NCBI GenBank assembly: GCA_963801995.1
Contig: CAWDGW010000014.1
Span: 643,393 to 707,392 of the forward strand
From: an uncultured Holophagae bacterium
GTDB lineage: Bacteria; Acidobacteriota; Thermoanaerobaculia; Thermoanaerobaculales; Sulfomarinibacteraceae
DNA length: 64,000 nt
Direction: 5' to 3'
The notes beneath the pieces were generated by a model, which saw only the letters and a program-made list of their open reading frames with translations, had not been told where the DNA came from and did no database searches. Of the stretch, positions 39,129 through 47,590 are shown piece after piece; position 1 is the first letter of the stretch, and each line of letters starts with the position of its first letter. A program made the translations under genes and the position numbers.

Positions 39129-40274
39129 ATGGCTGCCAAAGGCTGGAAGATCCACAACCCCTCGGGGAAACGACGGGTCGTTGTGACGAAAGAGCTGCCG
39201 GGCGACCGGTGGCTGAAGATCCTGGCCCAGGCGGGTGCGAGGGTCGAGTATGGGACTGAGACCAGGATCCTGAGAGTGGGCGAGATCAAGGCCGCCATCG
39301 GCGAACGATGCGACGGCGCGATCGGACAGTTGACAGAAGACTGGGGAGACGCCTTGTTCGAGGCCCTGCGGAAAGCGGGAGGAACGGCCTACAGCAACTG
39401 TGCCGTGGGCTACAACAACGTGGATGTCGACGCGGCGACGATGCGGGGGATTCCGGTGGGCAATACGCCCGGGGTGCTCACCGAGACCACCGCGGAGATG
39501 GCCGTAGCGCTCACTTTTGCGGCGGCCAGGCGAGTCCCCGAAGCCGATGTCTACATGCGTGGCGGCACGTACAAAGGCTGGCTTCCCACGCTGTTCCTGG
39601 GAGAGTTGCTCACACGAAAGACCGTCGGCGTGATTGGTGCGGGGCGCATCGGGGTCGCGTACGCGAAGATGATGGTCGAAGGCTTCAAGATGGATGTCAT
39701 CTACTACGACGTCCATCCGAACCGGGGCCTGGAGAAGTACTTTCGAGAATACTCGAAGTTCCTGAAAACTCAGGGCGAGCCGCCCGTGACGGTGACCCGT
39801 GCCAAGACCGTGGAAGAGGTGCTCAAGAAGGCCGATGTGGTCAGCCTCCATCCACTGCTGGACGAGACCACCCATCACCTGATGAACGCGAAGCGGCTCC
39901 GCCTGATGAAGAAGAACGCGGTCCTGGTCAACACGGCTCGCGGACCGGTGATCGACGAAGCGGCCCTGGTGGCGCACTGCAAGCGGAACCCGGAGTTCAA
40001 GGCCGGGCTGGACGTGTTCGAGGACGAGCCGAAGATGAAGCCGGGCCTGAGCAGGTTGAGCAATGTGGTGATCGTGCCGCACATCGCGTCGGCCACGCAG
40101 TGGACCCGGCAAGGGATGGCCACGCTTGCTGCGTTGAACGTGGCGGGGATCTTGCGCGGATGGCCCGTCTCGACGGATCCGAGCCGGATTCTGGAGTTCG
40201 TCGAGGGCAAGGGGCCCAAGGCAGCACCGAGTATCGTGAACGCCAAAGAACTGGGATTGCCGACGCTCGAGTAG
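39129..40274 (+). CDS. Hydroxypyruvate reductase / glycerate dehydrogenase (D-2-hydroxyacid dehydrogenase, plant HPR1-like)
   Basis: 381 aa. Long stretches match my recollection of plant HPR1: GQLTEDWG, AVGYNNVDV, VGNTPGVLTETTAE, VGVIGAGRIG.AYA.MMVEGFKM, GLDVFEDEP.MKPGL, VPHIASA and PSIVNAK.LGLP. Confidence 0.8.
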   Translation: MAAKGWKIHNPSGKRRVVVTKELPGDRWLKILAQAGARVEYGTETRILRVGEIKAAIGERCDGAIGQLTEDWGDALFEALRKAGGTAYSNCAVGYNNVDVDAATMRGIPVGNTPGVLTETTAEMAVALTFAAARRVPEADVYMRGGTYKGWLPTLFLGELLTRKTVGVIGAGRIGVAYAKMMVEGFKMDVIYYDVHPNRGLEKYFREYSKFLKTQGEPPVTVTRAKTVEEVLKKADVVSLHPLLDETTHHLMNAKRLRLMKKNAVLVNTARGPVIDEAALVAHCKRNPEFKAGLDVFEDEPKMKPGLSRLSNVVIVPHIASATQWTRQGMATLAALNVAGILRGWPVSTDPSRILEFVEGKGPKAAPSIVNAKELGLPTLE

Positions 40275-40533
40275 CGTGCGTGGCGTGCTCAACGGAACCA
40301 AGAAGACGGGTCGGCCGGCCCGAATTCGACCTTTGACGGCCCGCGCTCAACCTTCGAGGGAAACGCCTCCCTTGACCAGTACTTCCCGGAGAGTGGGGTA
40401 TGTGAGATCCCGCGTGCAGCACTTCCTTGTGGCACAGAGGTCCGCAGTTGCGCCCGTCGCGTGTCCCTGTCCCATGCAGCTCACCGAGCTCCGCCGCTCG
40501 CCTGCAAGGAACCGCAAAGAGTGGAGTCGAAGG

Positions 40534-40583
40534 TTGACACCCTTCGAATATCATAGTACTATTACGTCAGGTTGAGTAGTACT
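40534..40583 (+). promoter_or_regulatory. Sigma-70-type promoter with a candidate operator for the TA operon
   Basis: TTGACA (40534-40539), 17 nt, then TACTAT (40557-40562). Direct repeats TAGTACTA sit at 40554-40561 and 40576-40583, each containing the palindromic AGTACT, and overlap the -10 element. Confidence 0.5.
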
Positions 40584-40586
40584 AAA

Positions 40587-41159
40587 ATGTTGAAATCCAA
40601 CGATGCCTTGCCATCCGGTCGATTCGTCCTGCGGATCGATCCGGGTTTGCACCGTTCGCTGCGACGATCAGCCGACCAGCAGGAGATGTCGCTCAACCAG
40701 TACTGTGCCCGCACGCTGGCCATGCCGATCGGAGGGTCGATCGACTGGGCACCGGGTGTCGAGGCGGTGCAGCGTGCGGCCCTCATCGTTGGTGGCGGTC
40801 TGGTGGGGGTCGTTCTCTTTGGTTCGTGGGCACGGTCAGAGGTGCACGACGGATCGGACATCGACGTTTTGGTGGTGGTGGACCGTTCGACCCCGGTGAA
40901 CCGGAGCCTCTATCAGAAGTGGGACAGGGACCCGATCATCGAGGAGGGTCATCGATTGGAACCGCACTTTGTCCACTTGCCGGAGCAGGGCCGGGTGCCT
41001 ATCGGTCTGTGGGCCGAGGTGGCGGTGGACGGGATCATCTTGTTCAGCCGCGACCTCGAGCTTCCGGCGCGATTGGCCGACATCCGAAGGGACATCGCTG
41101 ACGGGCGCATCATCCGCAGGTTTTCACACGGCCAACCGTACTGGGTAGGAGCGGCCTGA
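40587..41159 (+). CDS. Fusion of an RHH/HicB-like DNA-binding domain and a minimal nucleotidyltransferase (MNT, MntA-like antitoxin)
   Basis: The N-terminal part is GRFVLRIDPGLHRSLRRSADQQEMSLNQYCARTL (ribbon-helix-helix-like). It is followed by LFGSWARSEVHDGSDIDVLVVV (the GS-x10-DxD NTase motif). An alternative TTG start lies at 40572. Confidence 0.7.
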   Translation: MLKSNDALPSGRFVLRIDPGLHRSLRRSADQQEMSLNQYCARTLAMPIGGSIDWAPGVEAVQRAALIVGGGLVGVVLFGSWARSEVHDGSDIDVLVVVDRSTPVNRSLYQKWDRDPIIEEGHRLEPHFVHLPEQGRVPIGLWAEVAVDGIILFSRDLELPARLADIRRDIADGRIIRRFSHGQPYWVGAA

Positions 41160-41161
41160 TC

Positions 41162-41572
41162 ATGCGGAACCTCGATCTTGCCAATGATCATGTTCGACGC
41201 GCCGAAATCCGGCTGAAGATACTCGACGTCCTGTTCGACGCGGCAAGCTGGGCCGATGTGGTCCGAGAGTCGCAGGAGGTGGTCGAGTTGGCCTTGAAGG
41301 GACTTCTGCGCGCCCATGGCGTCGAGCCACCCAGGGTCCACGACGTGTCGGACGTGCTTTTGGCAGAGTCGGACAGGCTTCCGGTGGTGTTGCACCCAGA
41401 CCTGGATGAACTGGCGGAGATCTCGCGGAATCTGCGCCGAGACCGCGAGCTCGCCTTCTACGGCGCGGAGGATCTAACACCTTCCGGCTTTTACACCCGC
41501 AAAGACGCTGAACGAGCCCGGGATGGGGCACGCCGAACGGTGGGCTGTGTGGTCGGGGTCATCGACGGGTGA
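41162..41572 (+). CDS. HEPN domain protein (partner of the MNT)
   Basis: 136 aa, helical, starting 3 nt after the MNT stop. It has WADVVRESQEVVELALKGLL and the conserved R..R(E/D)...YG region (RNLRRDRELAFYG). Confidence 0.65.
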   Translation: MRNLDLANDHVRRAEIRLKILDVLFDAASWADVVRESQEVVELALKGLLRAHGVEPPRVHDVSDVLLAESDRLPVVLHPDLDELAEISRNLRRDRELAFYGAEDLTPSGFYTRKDAERARDGARRTVGCVVGVIDG

Positions 41573-41684
41573 AGCCTGGAGGCGGTGAGCAGGCCCCCGG
41601 CCGTCCCGGTTGCTGGACTCGGTCGTGGAGTCAGCAGGCTAGGGCCCATGGAGGACAAGCCCCCTCAGCGTCGCCCGAGTTTCC

Positions 41685-42557
41685 TCAGGCCGGTTCCTCG
41701 GATGGTGTGCCGCGCCTGTCCGGTCTCTCCTCATCTCGAACCGAGTAGTGGACCTCGGTCGGCAACGCCATTCGCGTGCCCGAGTTCTCGACGATTTCCA
41801 TCACCTTCAGGAGGATGTCCTCGCGGATCTGGAGGAACTCCGGCCAGGCGTCGGTCATGGCGTAGCCGTAGAGCTCGACCTCCAGATAGTGCTCACCGAA
41901 GCCGGTGAAGCGCACCCGCAGCGGCTCCTCGGCGATCCGATCGTGGTTTCTGAGCATGGACTCCAGGTCAGACATCAGCTCTTTCAGCTGCTCTTGTGTT
42001 GTCTCGTACCGCAGGCGGAGGTTCTCGCGGAGCAGGACCCGGTCGCGCTCGGCGAGGTTCTCCAACTGCAGCCTGGCGAAGTCGGCGTTGGGCACGGTGA
42101 CGATGGTGCGATCGAGGGTGCGGATCTTGACAGAGCGCAGACCCACGTCCTCGACCATGCCGCGCCGCTCGCCGAACTTGCAGAAATCACCGACCTTCAC
42201 GCCATCGGGCACCTCGTCCCACGGAGGCAGCTCAATTCGGTCGAGGACCTCCTTGAGGACGAGCGTTCTCTTTTCCGAGACCTCCTCGAAGACCAGGGGC
42301 GGGACCTCGATCAGGTCCAGACTTTCTTTGGCCTTGCGAAAGGGCTCCTGGAAGCCCGGATCACCGTCCGAGTACAGCTCCCACGCCAGGTCGACCGACT
42401 CGAGGAAAGTCGTCAAGGTGGCCCTCGGGCTCGAGCGGTCGGGCGGCTCGAGGGGGTGCTCGGGGAGCGATGCCGCCGCGGGCAGGGCCGCCGCGAGGAT
42501 TCCCACCAGTATCTCGAGCGGACCAATGATTCGCGACCGCTGCGATACACGTTTCAT
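41685..42557 (-). CDS. MscS-family protein remnant lacking the transmembrane pore region
   Basis: A strong RBS GGAGGAGGAAAACG precedes the ATG. The N-terminal part (SPRATLTTFLESV..LKEVLDRIELPPWDEVPDG) is joined directly to the MscS beta-domain (VKVGDFCKFGERRGMVEDVGLRSVKIRTLDRTIVTVPNADF). There are no TM helices between them. Confidence 0.55.
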   Translation of the reverse strand: MKRVSQRSRIIGPLEILVGILAAALPAAASLPEHPLEPPDRSSPRATLTTFLESVDLAWELYSDGDPGFQEPFRKAKESLDLIEVPPLVFEEVSEKRTLVLKEVLDRIELPPWDEVPDGVKVGDFCKFGERRGMVEDVGLRSVKIRTLDRTIVTVPNADFARLQLENLAERDRVLLRENLRLRYETTQEQLKELMSDLESMLRNHDRIAEEPLRVRFTGFGEHYLEVELYGYAMTDAWPEFLQIREDILLKVMEIVENSGTRMALPTEVHYSVRDEERPDRRGTPSEEPA

Positions 42558-42785
42558 CGTTTTCCTCCTCCGGCCCCGGGGTGGAGCGTCCGGTTCAATG
42601 GTCCCGAGTCGCGGCCCTTCGGCTGACGGCGGGCGATGCTCTCTTAGGAGAGCTCGTGATTCATCTGCGGTGCCCGGTCCGTTTTCCGATATTCCGGACC
42701 CCAAAGTACCATGCGCCCTTGCCTGCTACGAAAATGGGGATCGGTTGCGCTAAAGTACTTCGGTGATTTCTGGAGTTCGCAGGAC

Positions 42786-44975
42786 ATGACCCCGCTCGCC
42801 ATCGCCTACGTGGCCATCACGGCCGTGTGCATCGTCGTCGCGCTGGAGCGCGTCACGGTATGGCTGCGGGTGCCCGGACGGGGGTTCGAGCTCCTGCTCG
42901 CTGCGGCGGCGTTGGCGGTCGCGGGCGACTCCGTCGTCTGCATCTACCTGTATCAGGCGAACACACCCAGGCAGTTCCTCGTCGGTCTCGCGTGGAGCGG
43001 ATTCTTCCTGGGCGCCGTCGTGGGGTTGCTTTCGTGGTTCGTCGACCTCCGTACTCGAGCCGCGCGCCGGTGGCTGGTAGTCGCGGAAACGGTTGTGGCA
43101 GCCGTGACGATTGTGTTCAGTCTCTCGGTGGGAATAGTCTACACGGAGGTCGTTGAGCTGCGGTCGGTGACATTGCCATGGGGCGAGGTCATTCGCATGG
43201 GGATCGGTCCCACATCGCCGTGGAGGTGGATCGGCGACCTCGCCAACGTCGGTTTTCTCGCGCTGCTGATCGACACCACGCTTCGCCTGGCGCGCCGCGG
43301 TGTCCCACGCGTATCGTGGCTCGTGGGCGGCAGCCTGGTGGTGTTCAGCATGGCGCTGTTGTTCATCATTCCCATTGATTTCGGCGTGATCGAGTTGCCG
43401 GGACCTCACACCTTTGCATTCCTGCTGATCATCGTCGCCGGGGCCTGGGACCTCTCCGACGAGGTCGCGAGCGCTGCGGTCCTCTCGCGTCAGGTTCGGT
43501 CCGCCGGGCGACGATGGAGTCAGCTGCTCGACAACGTCCAGCTGCTCGTGGTCGGTCTCGACCGAGACGGTGTGATCACCTCCATGAACCGTCACGCCGA
43601 GCAGGTGACGGGGTACTCGGTGAAGCAGATGGTCGGTCGGCACTACCTCGATTTCGTTCCCGAGACCGTGCGCGACGAGGTGCGGTCAGAGGTCGACCGG
43701 GGTTTGCGCGGCGACCCCCCTTCGAGAAACGAGCGACCTCTGATCACCCGAGATGGCGAGCGGCGACTCATTCTGTGGCGCAGCGTGGTGTTGTGGGATG
43801 CCGACGGGGCGGTGGAGGGTTTGCTCAGCGTCGGCGCCGATGTCACCGAACAGCGTGAGTCTGAAGGGGACGCTCGGAGGACCGCCGCCGAGCTCGAGGG
43901 CGCCGTCGCCGAACTCGAGGATCTCAAAGGACGTCTCGAGGAGGAGAACCTCTACCTGCGGGAGGAGATCCGAGCCGAACACGGCTTCGAGAACATCATC
44001 GGAGGCTCCGATCCGCTGCTGTACGTACTGCACAAGGTGCGCCAGGTGGCACCGAACGACACCTCGGTGCTGATCCTCGGCGAAACAGGGGTCGGCAAGG
44101 AGCTCATCGCCCGCACCATCCATGACGAGAGCCCGCGTTCGAGCGGACCTTTCGTGGTCGTCAACTGTGCGGCTCTGCCACCCAACCTCATCGAGAGCGA
44201 GCTCTTCGGCCACGAGCGGGGAGCCTTCACCGGTGCCGAGCGGCAGCGGCGGGGCCGCTTCGAGCTTGCCCATGGCGGCACGATCTTCCTCGACGAAATC
44301 GGCGAGCTGTCGCTCGAGATGCAGCCCAAGCTACTGCGGGTCCTGCAGGAAGGCCAGCTGGAGCGGGTCGGCGGTACCGAGACCGTCGCCGTCGACGTGC
44401 GGGTGATCGCGGCCACCAACCGCAACCTCAGCCTGGACATGGAGGCGGGCCGCTTCCGCGAAGACCTCTTCTACCGCATCGCCGTTTACCCCATCACCGT
44501 GCCGCCGCTGGGCGCCAGGCGCGAGGACATTCCGCTCCTGGTCGAACATTTCGTTCAACACTTCGCGCAACGCCGTGGCCTCCGCATCGACGAGATCCCG
44601 GCGGAGGTTATGCGGCACCTCCGGGCGTACGACTGGCCCGGCAACGTGCGTGAGCTGCAGAACGTGATCGAGCGCGCGGTACTGACCACCAAAGATCGGG
44701 TGCTGCGCCTGGCCGAGCCCCTGAAGAGCAACGCCGTCGTCAACGCCCCGACTCACGAGAACGGGCTGGAGACCCCCAGCTTGACCCTCGACGAGGTCGA
44801 ACGCCGCTACATCGTTCGCGTCCTCGAAGCTGTTGAGGGCCAGGTTTCCGGGGCGGGTGGTGCGGCCGAGATCCTCGGTCTCCATGCCAACACCCTGCGC
44901 TATCGGATGAAGAAACTCGGCATCTCCGTCAGTCGAAAAACGGGCACCGTCAGCATCGATTCCAGATCCGAATAG
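42786..44975 (+). CDS. Sigma-54-dependent transcriptional activator with a membrane-embedded N-terminal sensor and a PAS domain
   Basis: It has about 7 hydrophobic helices and a PAS domain (VVGLDRDGVITSMNRHAEQVTGY). The AAA+ domain carries GETGVGKE, GAFTGA, GGTIFLDEI and WPGNVRELQN, and an HTH follows. The start could be 42711. Confidence 0.8.
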   Translation: MTPLAIAYVAITAVCIVVALERVTVWLRVPGRGFELLLAAAALAVAGDSVVCIYLYQANTPRQFLVGLAWSGFFLGAVVGLLSWFVDLRTRAARRWLVVAETVVAAVTIVFSLSVGIVYTEVVELRSVTLPWGEVIRMGIGPTSPWRWIGDLANVGFLALLIDTTLRLARRGVPRVSWLVGGSLVVFSMALLFIIPIDFGVIELPGPHTFAFLLIIVAGAWDLSDEVASAAVLSRQVRSAGRRWSQLLDNVQLLVVGLDRDGVITSMNRHAEQVTGYSVKQMVGRHYLDFVPETVRDEVRSEVDRGLRGDPPSRNERPLITRDGERRLILWRSVVLWDADGAVEGLLSVGADVTEQRESEGDARRTAAELEGAVAELEDLKGRLEEENLYLREEIRAEHGFENIIGGSDPLLYVLHKVRQVAPNDTSVLILGETGVGKELIARTIHDESPRSSGPFVVVNCAALPPNLIESELFGHERGAFTGAERQRRGRFELAHGGTIFLDEIGELSLEMQPKLLRVLQEGQLERVGGTETVAVDVRVIAATNRNLSLDMEAGRFREDLFYRIAVYPITVPPLGARREDIPLLVEHFVQHFAQRRGLRIDEIPAEVMRHLRAYDWPGNVRELQNVIERAVLTTKDRVLRLAEPLKSNAVVNAPTHENGLETPSLTLDEVERRYIVRVLEAVEGQVSGAGGAAEILGLHANTLRYRMKKLGISVSRKTGTVSIDSRSE

Positions 44976-44987
44976 TCGACTCAATCC

Positions 44988-45012
44988 CCAATATTCGTCA
45001 CCAATATTGGTG
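44988..45012. promoter_or_regulatory. Candidate enhancer (UAS) or stem-loop
   Basis: CCAATATT occurs twice (44988, 45001). The second copy lies inside the perfect 14-bp palindrome CACCAATATTGGTG (44999-45012), about 105 nt upstream of the putative -24/-12 element. Confidence 0.3.
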
Positions 45013-45117
45013 AAGTTGCGGTATGTTGTGTTTCCCCATGGTGTCACGATTGGTCGGTGCTGGTCCTATCTCCCTTGTTTCTGGATCTTCAATCAATTTC
45101 CCTCGCAAAGGCATCAT

Positions 45118-45133
45118 TGGCACGAATTGTGAA
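45118..45133 (+). promoter_or_regulatory. Possible sigma-54 promoter (weak -12)
   Basis: TGGCACGAATTGTGAA has the same TGGCAC-N5-GTG layout as the promoters at 12120 and 15065, but the -12 element is GA rather than GC. It lies 35 nt upstream of the ABM-like gene. Confidence 0.35.
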
Positions 45134-45167
45134 GTAGTGATCATCCAATAATGGAGAAATCCAGCCA

Positions 45168-45518
45168 ATGATTGGACTCGAACTCTCGGTGACGTCGAAT
45201 GACAGCCATCACACGGAGCTGCTCCAGACCCTCGAGGACCTCTCCCACGACCAGGCTCGAACAGGAGACTGTCTGGAGTGCCGGGTCTTCGAACGGATGC
45301 CACGATCGAACGATTTCATGTGGCACCAGTGGTGGCGCTCCGAGCGCCAGCTCGAAAACCACCTCGGATCGGTGGCTTTTCGCACCCTGCTCGGCGCGAT
45401 CAAGACCCTGGGAACGCTCGAATCGGCGCGGATTGTCGAGCTCCAGGACTCGACGTCGGTTCTGGGGGCATTCTTAACGGACCGGGTGGAGGTCTCAGAA
45501 CCTGCGCCCGAGATCTGA
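45168..45518 (+). CDS. ABM-like small protein, paralog of 15936-16292
   Basis: 116 aa. The central W..WWRSERQLENHLGSVAFRTLLGAIKTL matches the other copy. Confidence 0.45.
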   Translation: MIGLELSVTSNDSHHTELLQTLEDLSHDQARTGDCLECRVFERMPRSNDFMWHQWWRSERQLENHLGSVAFRTLLGAIKTLGTLESARIVELQDSTSVLGAFLTDRVEVSEPAPEI

Positions 45519-45601
45519 GGGAGCCTCAAATGGTTGAACGACCGCCAAAGAAAACCATCGATCGGAACCGATGGCTCGGATCCAAAAGGGAGAAACAAAC
45601 G

Positions 45602-46513
45602 ATGAAATCAGATTTTCCTGAACTGCGGGCACCTCGCCGGGCCTGTTGGATGGTTGCGATCACGGCAATCCTGGCCCTATTCCTGATTGTTGGAGCCGCC
45701 CCGCTGCTGGCCCAGGAAGCCGAGGAGACCGAGGAAACCGAGGAAAAGGGCAGTGATGCCCTTGGCGGTCAGAGCTTGGAATCTGCGGCCAACGACGCGA
45801 CCGCGTCCATGTGGACCTTCCAGCTCTCACTTGAGGGCCGGACGTGGCTGGACGAGGATGGACCCACCGGCCAGCCCCGGCCGGAGGGCAACCGCGACCA
45901 GTTCATGCTCCGTTTTGTGGCTCCGGTGCCGCTGGGCAAGAACCTCAAGCTCATCAACCGGTTCACCATGCGCAACAACGAGGCGGTCGACCAGTCATCC
46001 GGCGCGGGCGACGCCGAGTACTTTGCGCTCTTTATCCCCTTCGAGTGGGCCACCGGCCGTTGGGGAATCGGACCGCAGGTAAACTTCCCAGCCGAGAGCT
46101 CAAAGTTTGGGAGCGAGAAGTGGCGATACGGATTTGCCTCGGCCTGGTTGGAGCGCGTCGGGGACAAAGTAATGACCGGCATCCTGGTACAGCAGGTCTG
46201 GGGCAAGACCGACCCCAACGATTCCGATCGTGAGGTGGCACAACCCGTTTCCATCCAGCCGGTCTTCAACTACTCGCTCAAGAACGGTTACTACATCAAC
46301 ATCGGCGAGACCGCGTTCAGCTACAACTGGGATGCCGGCGCCTGGTCGATTCCCCTCGGCTTCCGCTTCGGCAAGGTCTTTATCACCGACCAGGGTTCCA
46401 CCTGGAACCTGTATGGCGAGATCCGCAAGACCGTGTATTACAGCAGCGATTGGCCGGGCAGTGTGCTCGACACCGCGGTGCGGGTCAATTTGTCGTATGC
46501 GTTTCCAATGTAA
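45602..46513 (+). CDS. Outer-membrane beta-barrel (MetA-pathway/transport-type family)
   Basis: It has a signal peptide ..APLLAQE and an acidic linker. There are Trp/Tyr-rich strands and the C-terminus is RVNLSYAFPM. Confidence 0.55.
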   Translation: MKSDFPELRAPRRACWMVAITAILALFLIVGAAPLLAQEAEETEETEEKGSDALGGQSLESAANDATASMWTFQLSLEGRTWLDEDGPTGQPRPEGNRDQFMLRFVAPVPLGKNLKLINRFTMRNNEAVDQSSGAGDAEYFALFIPFEWATGRWGIGPQVNFPAESSKFGSEKWRYGFASAWLERVGDKVMTGILVQQVWGKTDPNDSDREVAQPVSIQPVFNYSLKNGYYINIGETAFSYNWDAGAWSIPLGFRFGKVFITDQGSTWNLYGEIRKTVYYSSDWPGSVLDTAVRVNLSYAFPM

Positions 46514-46520
46514 CGTTGAA

Positions 46521-46650
46521 AGATCCAATATCCAAGTTCCAGGATGCGAGATGCGAGATGCGAGATGCGTCATTCGGAATGGAAAGAGTTGGAGCGATGA
46601 TCTCGGTGCATCCAGCATCCAGCATCCAGCATCGAATATCGAGATGTGAA
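46521..46650. repeat. Cluster of heptamer tandem repeats
   Basis: The cluster comprises: ATCCAAT/ATCCAAG/TTCCAGG at 46521-46543; GATGCGA x4 at 46543-46570; CATCCAG x3, then CATCGAA/TATCGAG/ATGTGAA, at 46609-46650. Confidence 0.95.
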
Positions 46651-46661
46651 AGGACTGTGAG

Positions 46662-46931
46662 ATGAGACCGAACGCGTTCAAGATTGTGATCGGGTGTGCA
46701 TGTGTTCTGCTGGCCGTCGGGATGATCGAAGCGGCGGACAAGGAGTTTCAGGGAACAATCGGCACGACGCTGGCCGACTCCGAGGAGTGGTGGCCGGCGC
46801 CGGTGGCGCCGCCCGAGGGTGCGCCCAACGTTTTGATCTGGCTCATCGACGACATGGGCTACGGTCACTCGATCGCCTTCGGCGGGCTGACCCCCATGCC
46901 GACTATTGATGGTCGGCTGCGCGGAGATTGA
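46662..46931 (+). pseudogene. N-terminal fragment of an arylsulfatase, truncated before the catalytic Cys
   Basis: The 89-aa ORF ..WWPAPVAPPEGAPNVLIWLIDDMGYGHSIAFGGLTPMPTID parallels residues of the 17458 sulfatase (YWPPRVVPPKGAPNILLIMTDDAGYGVSSTFGGVIPTPAMD). It then stops. Confidence 0.7.
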
Positions 46932-46994
46932 AGCAAAGATTCATTGGTGACGACATGGTTTTTCGTCAATAACCAGAGAGAAAAGGAGAGGAAC

Positions 46995-47588
46995 ATGAGG
47001 AGAGTTTTTGGAATCGCCGTTGTCGCGATATTGATCGCCCTGCCCGGCTTCGCACAGACGATCCAGATCGACTACGCCCACGATTTCGACTTCGAAGGCG
47101 CTACGACGTTTCAGTATGCCGTGAACGAGGAGAGCGGCATCAAGGACAATGCCATGATGGCCGACCGGGTGGTCGAACTGATCAAGAAGGAGCTCGGCGA
47201 GGGCGGTCTCCGGGAGGTCCAACAAGATCCGGACCTCTACGTGACCTACCACTTCACGAGCGAGGAACAGAAGAGCCTCAGCACCACCTCGTCGGGTTTT
47301 GGAGGCTACGGCGGCTACGGCGGCTACGGGGATGGCTGGGACGGCTGGGGCGGGTATGACGCCTTCGGCGGTCCCATGATGGGATCTTCGGTCACCCGAG
47401 AGTACTCCTACGAAGTGGGAACCCTGATCATCGACGCCTACGATTCCAAGGAGAAGAAGCTGGTTTGGCGCGGTTGGGGTACGGTGACCGTCAAAGACAA
47501 GCCCGACAAGCAGGTCAAACAGATCGAGAAGATCCTCAAGAAGCTCGGCAGCAAGTGGGACAAGATCCTGGCCGGCAAGGGGAAGTGA
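46995..47588 (+). CDS. DUF4136 domain protein with signal peptide (paralog 3 of 4)
   Basis: RBS AAGGAGAGG. Motifs: IQIDYAHDFDFEGATTFQY, PDLYVTYH and GTLIIDAYDSKEKKLVWRG. It carries an internal GYGGYGGYG insert. Confidence 0.65.
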   Translation: MRRVFGIAVVAILIALPGFAQTIQIDYAHDFDFEGATTFQYAVNEESGIKDNAMMADRVVELIKKELGEGGLREVQQDPDLYVTYHFTSEEQKSLSTTSSGFGGYGGYGGYGDGWDGWGGYDAFGGPMMGSSVTREYSYEVGTLIIDAYDSKEKKLVWRGWGTVTVKDKPDKQVKQIEKILKKLGSKWDKILAGKGK

Positions 47589-47590
47589 GG

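Noticed and set aside
38984-39298. 5' extensions offered by the ORF track for AsmA (to 39298), the sulfatase (17176-17457), DUF2092 (12111-12233) and others.
   Set aside because: The extensions lack signal peptides, and internal starts have RBSs followed by signal or TM sequences. In the DUF2092 case the extension would lie upstream of the sigma-54 promoter.
40275-40533. A tRNA or small RNA, or a sigma-54 site (TGGCACAGAGGTCCGCA), in the 300-bp gap before the TA module.
   Set aside because: I could not fold a cloverleaf from it. The GC of the putative -12 element is displaced by one nucleotite from the canonical spacing, and no downstream gene needs it.
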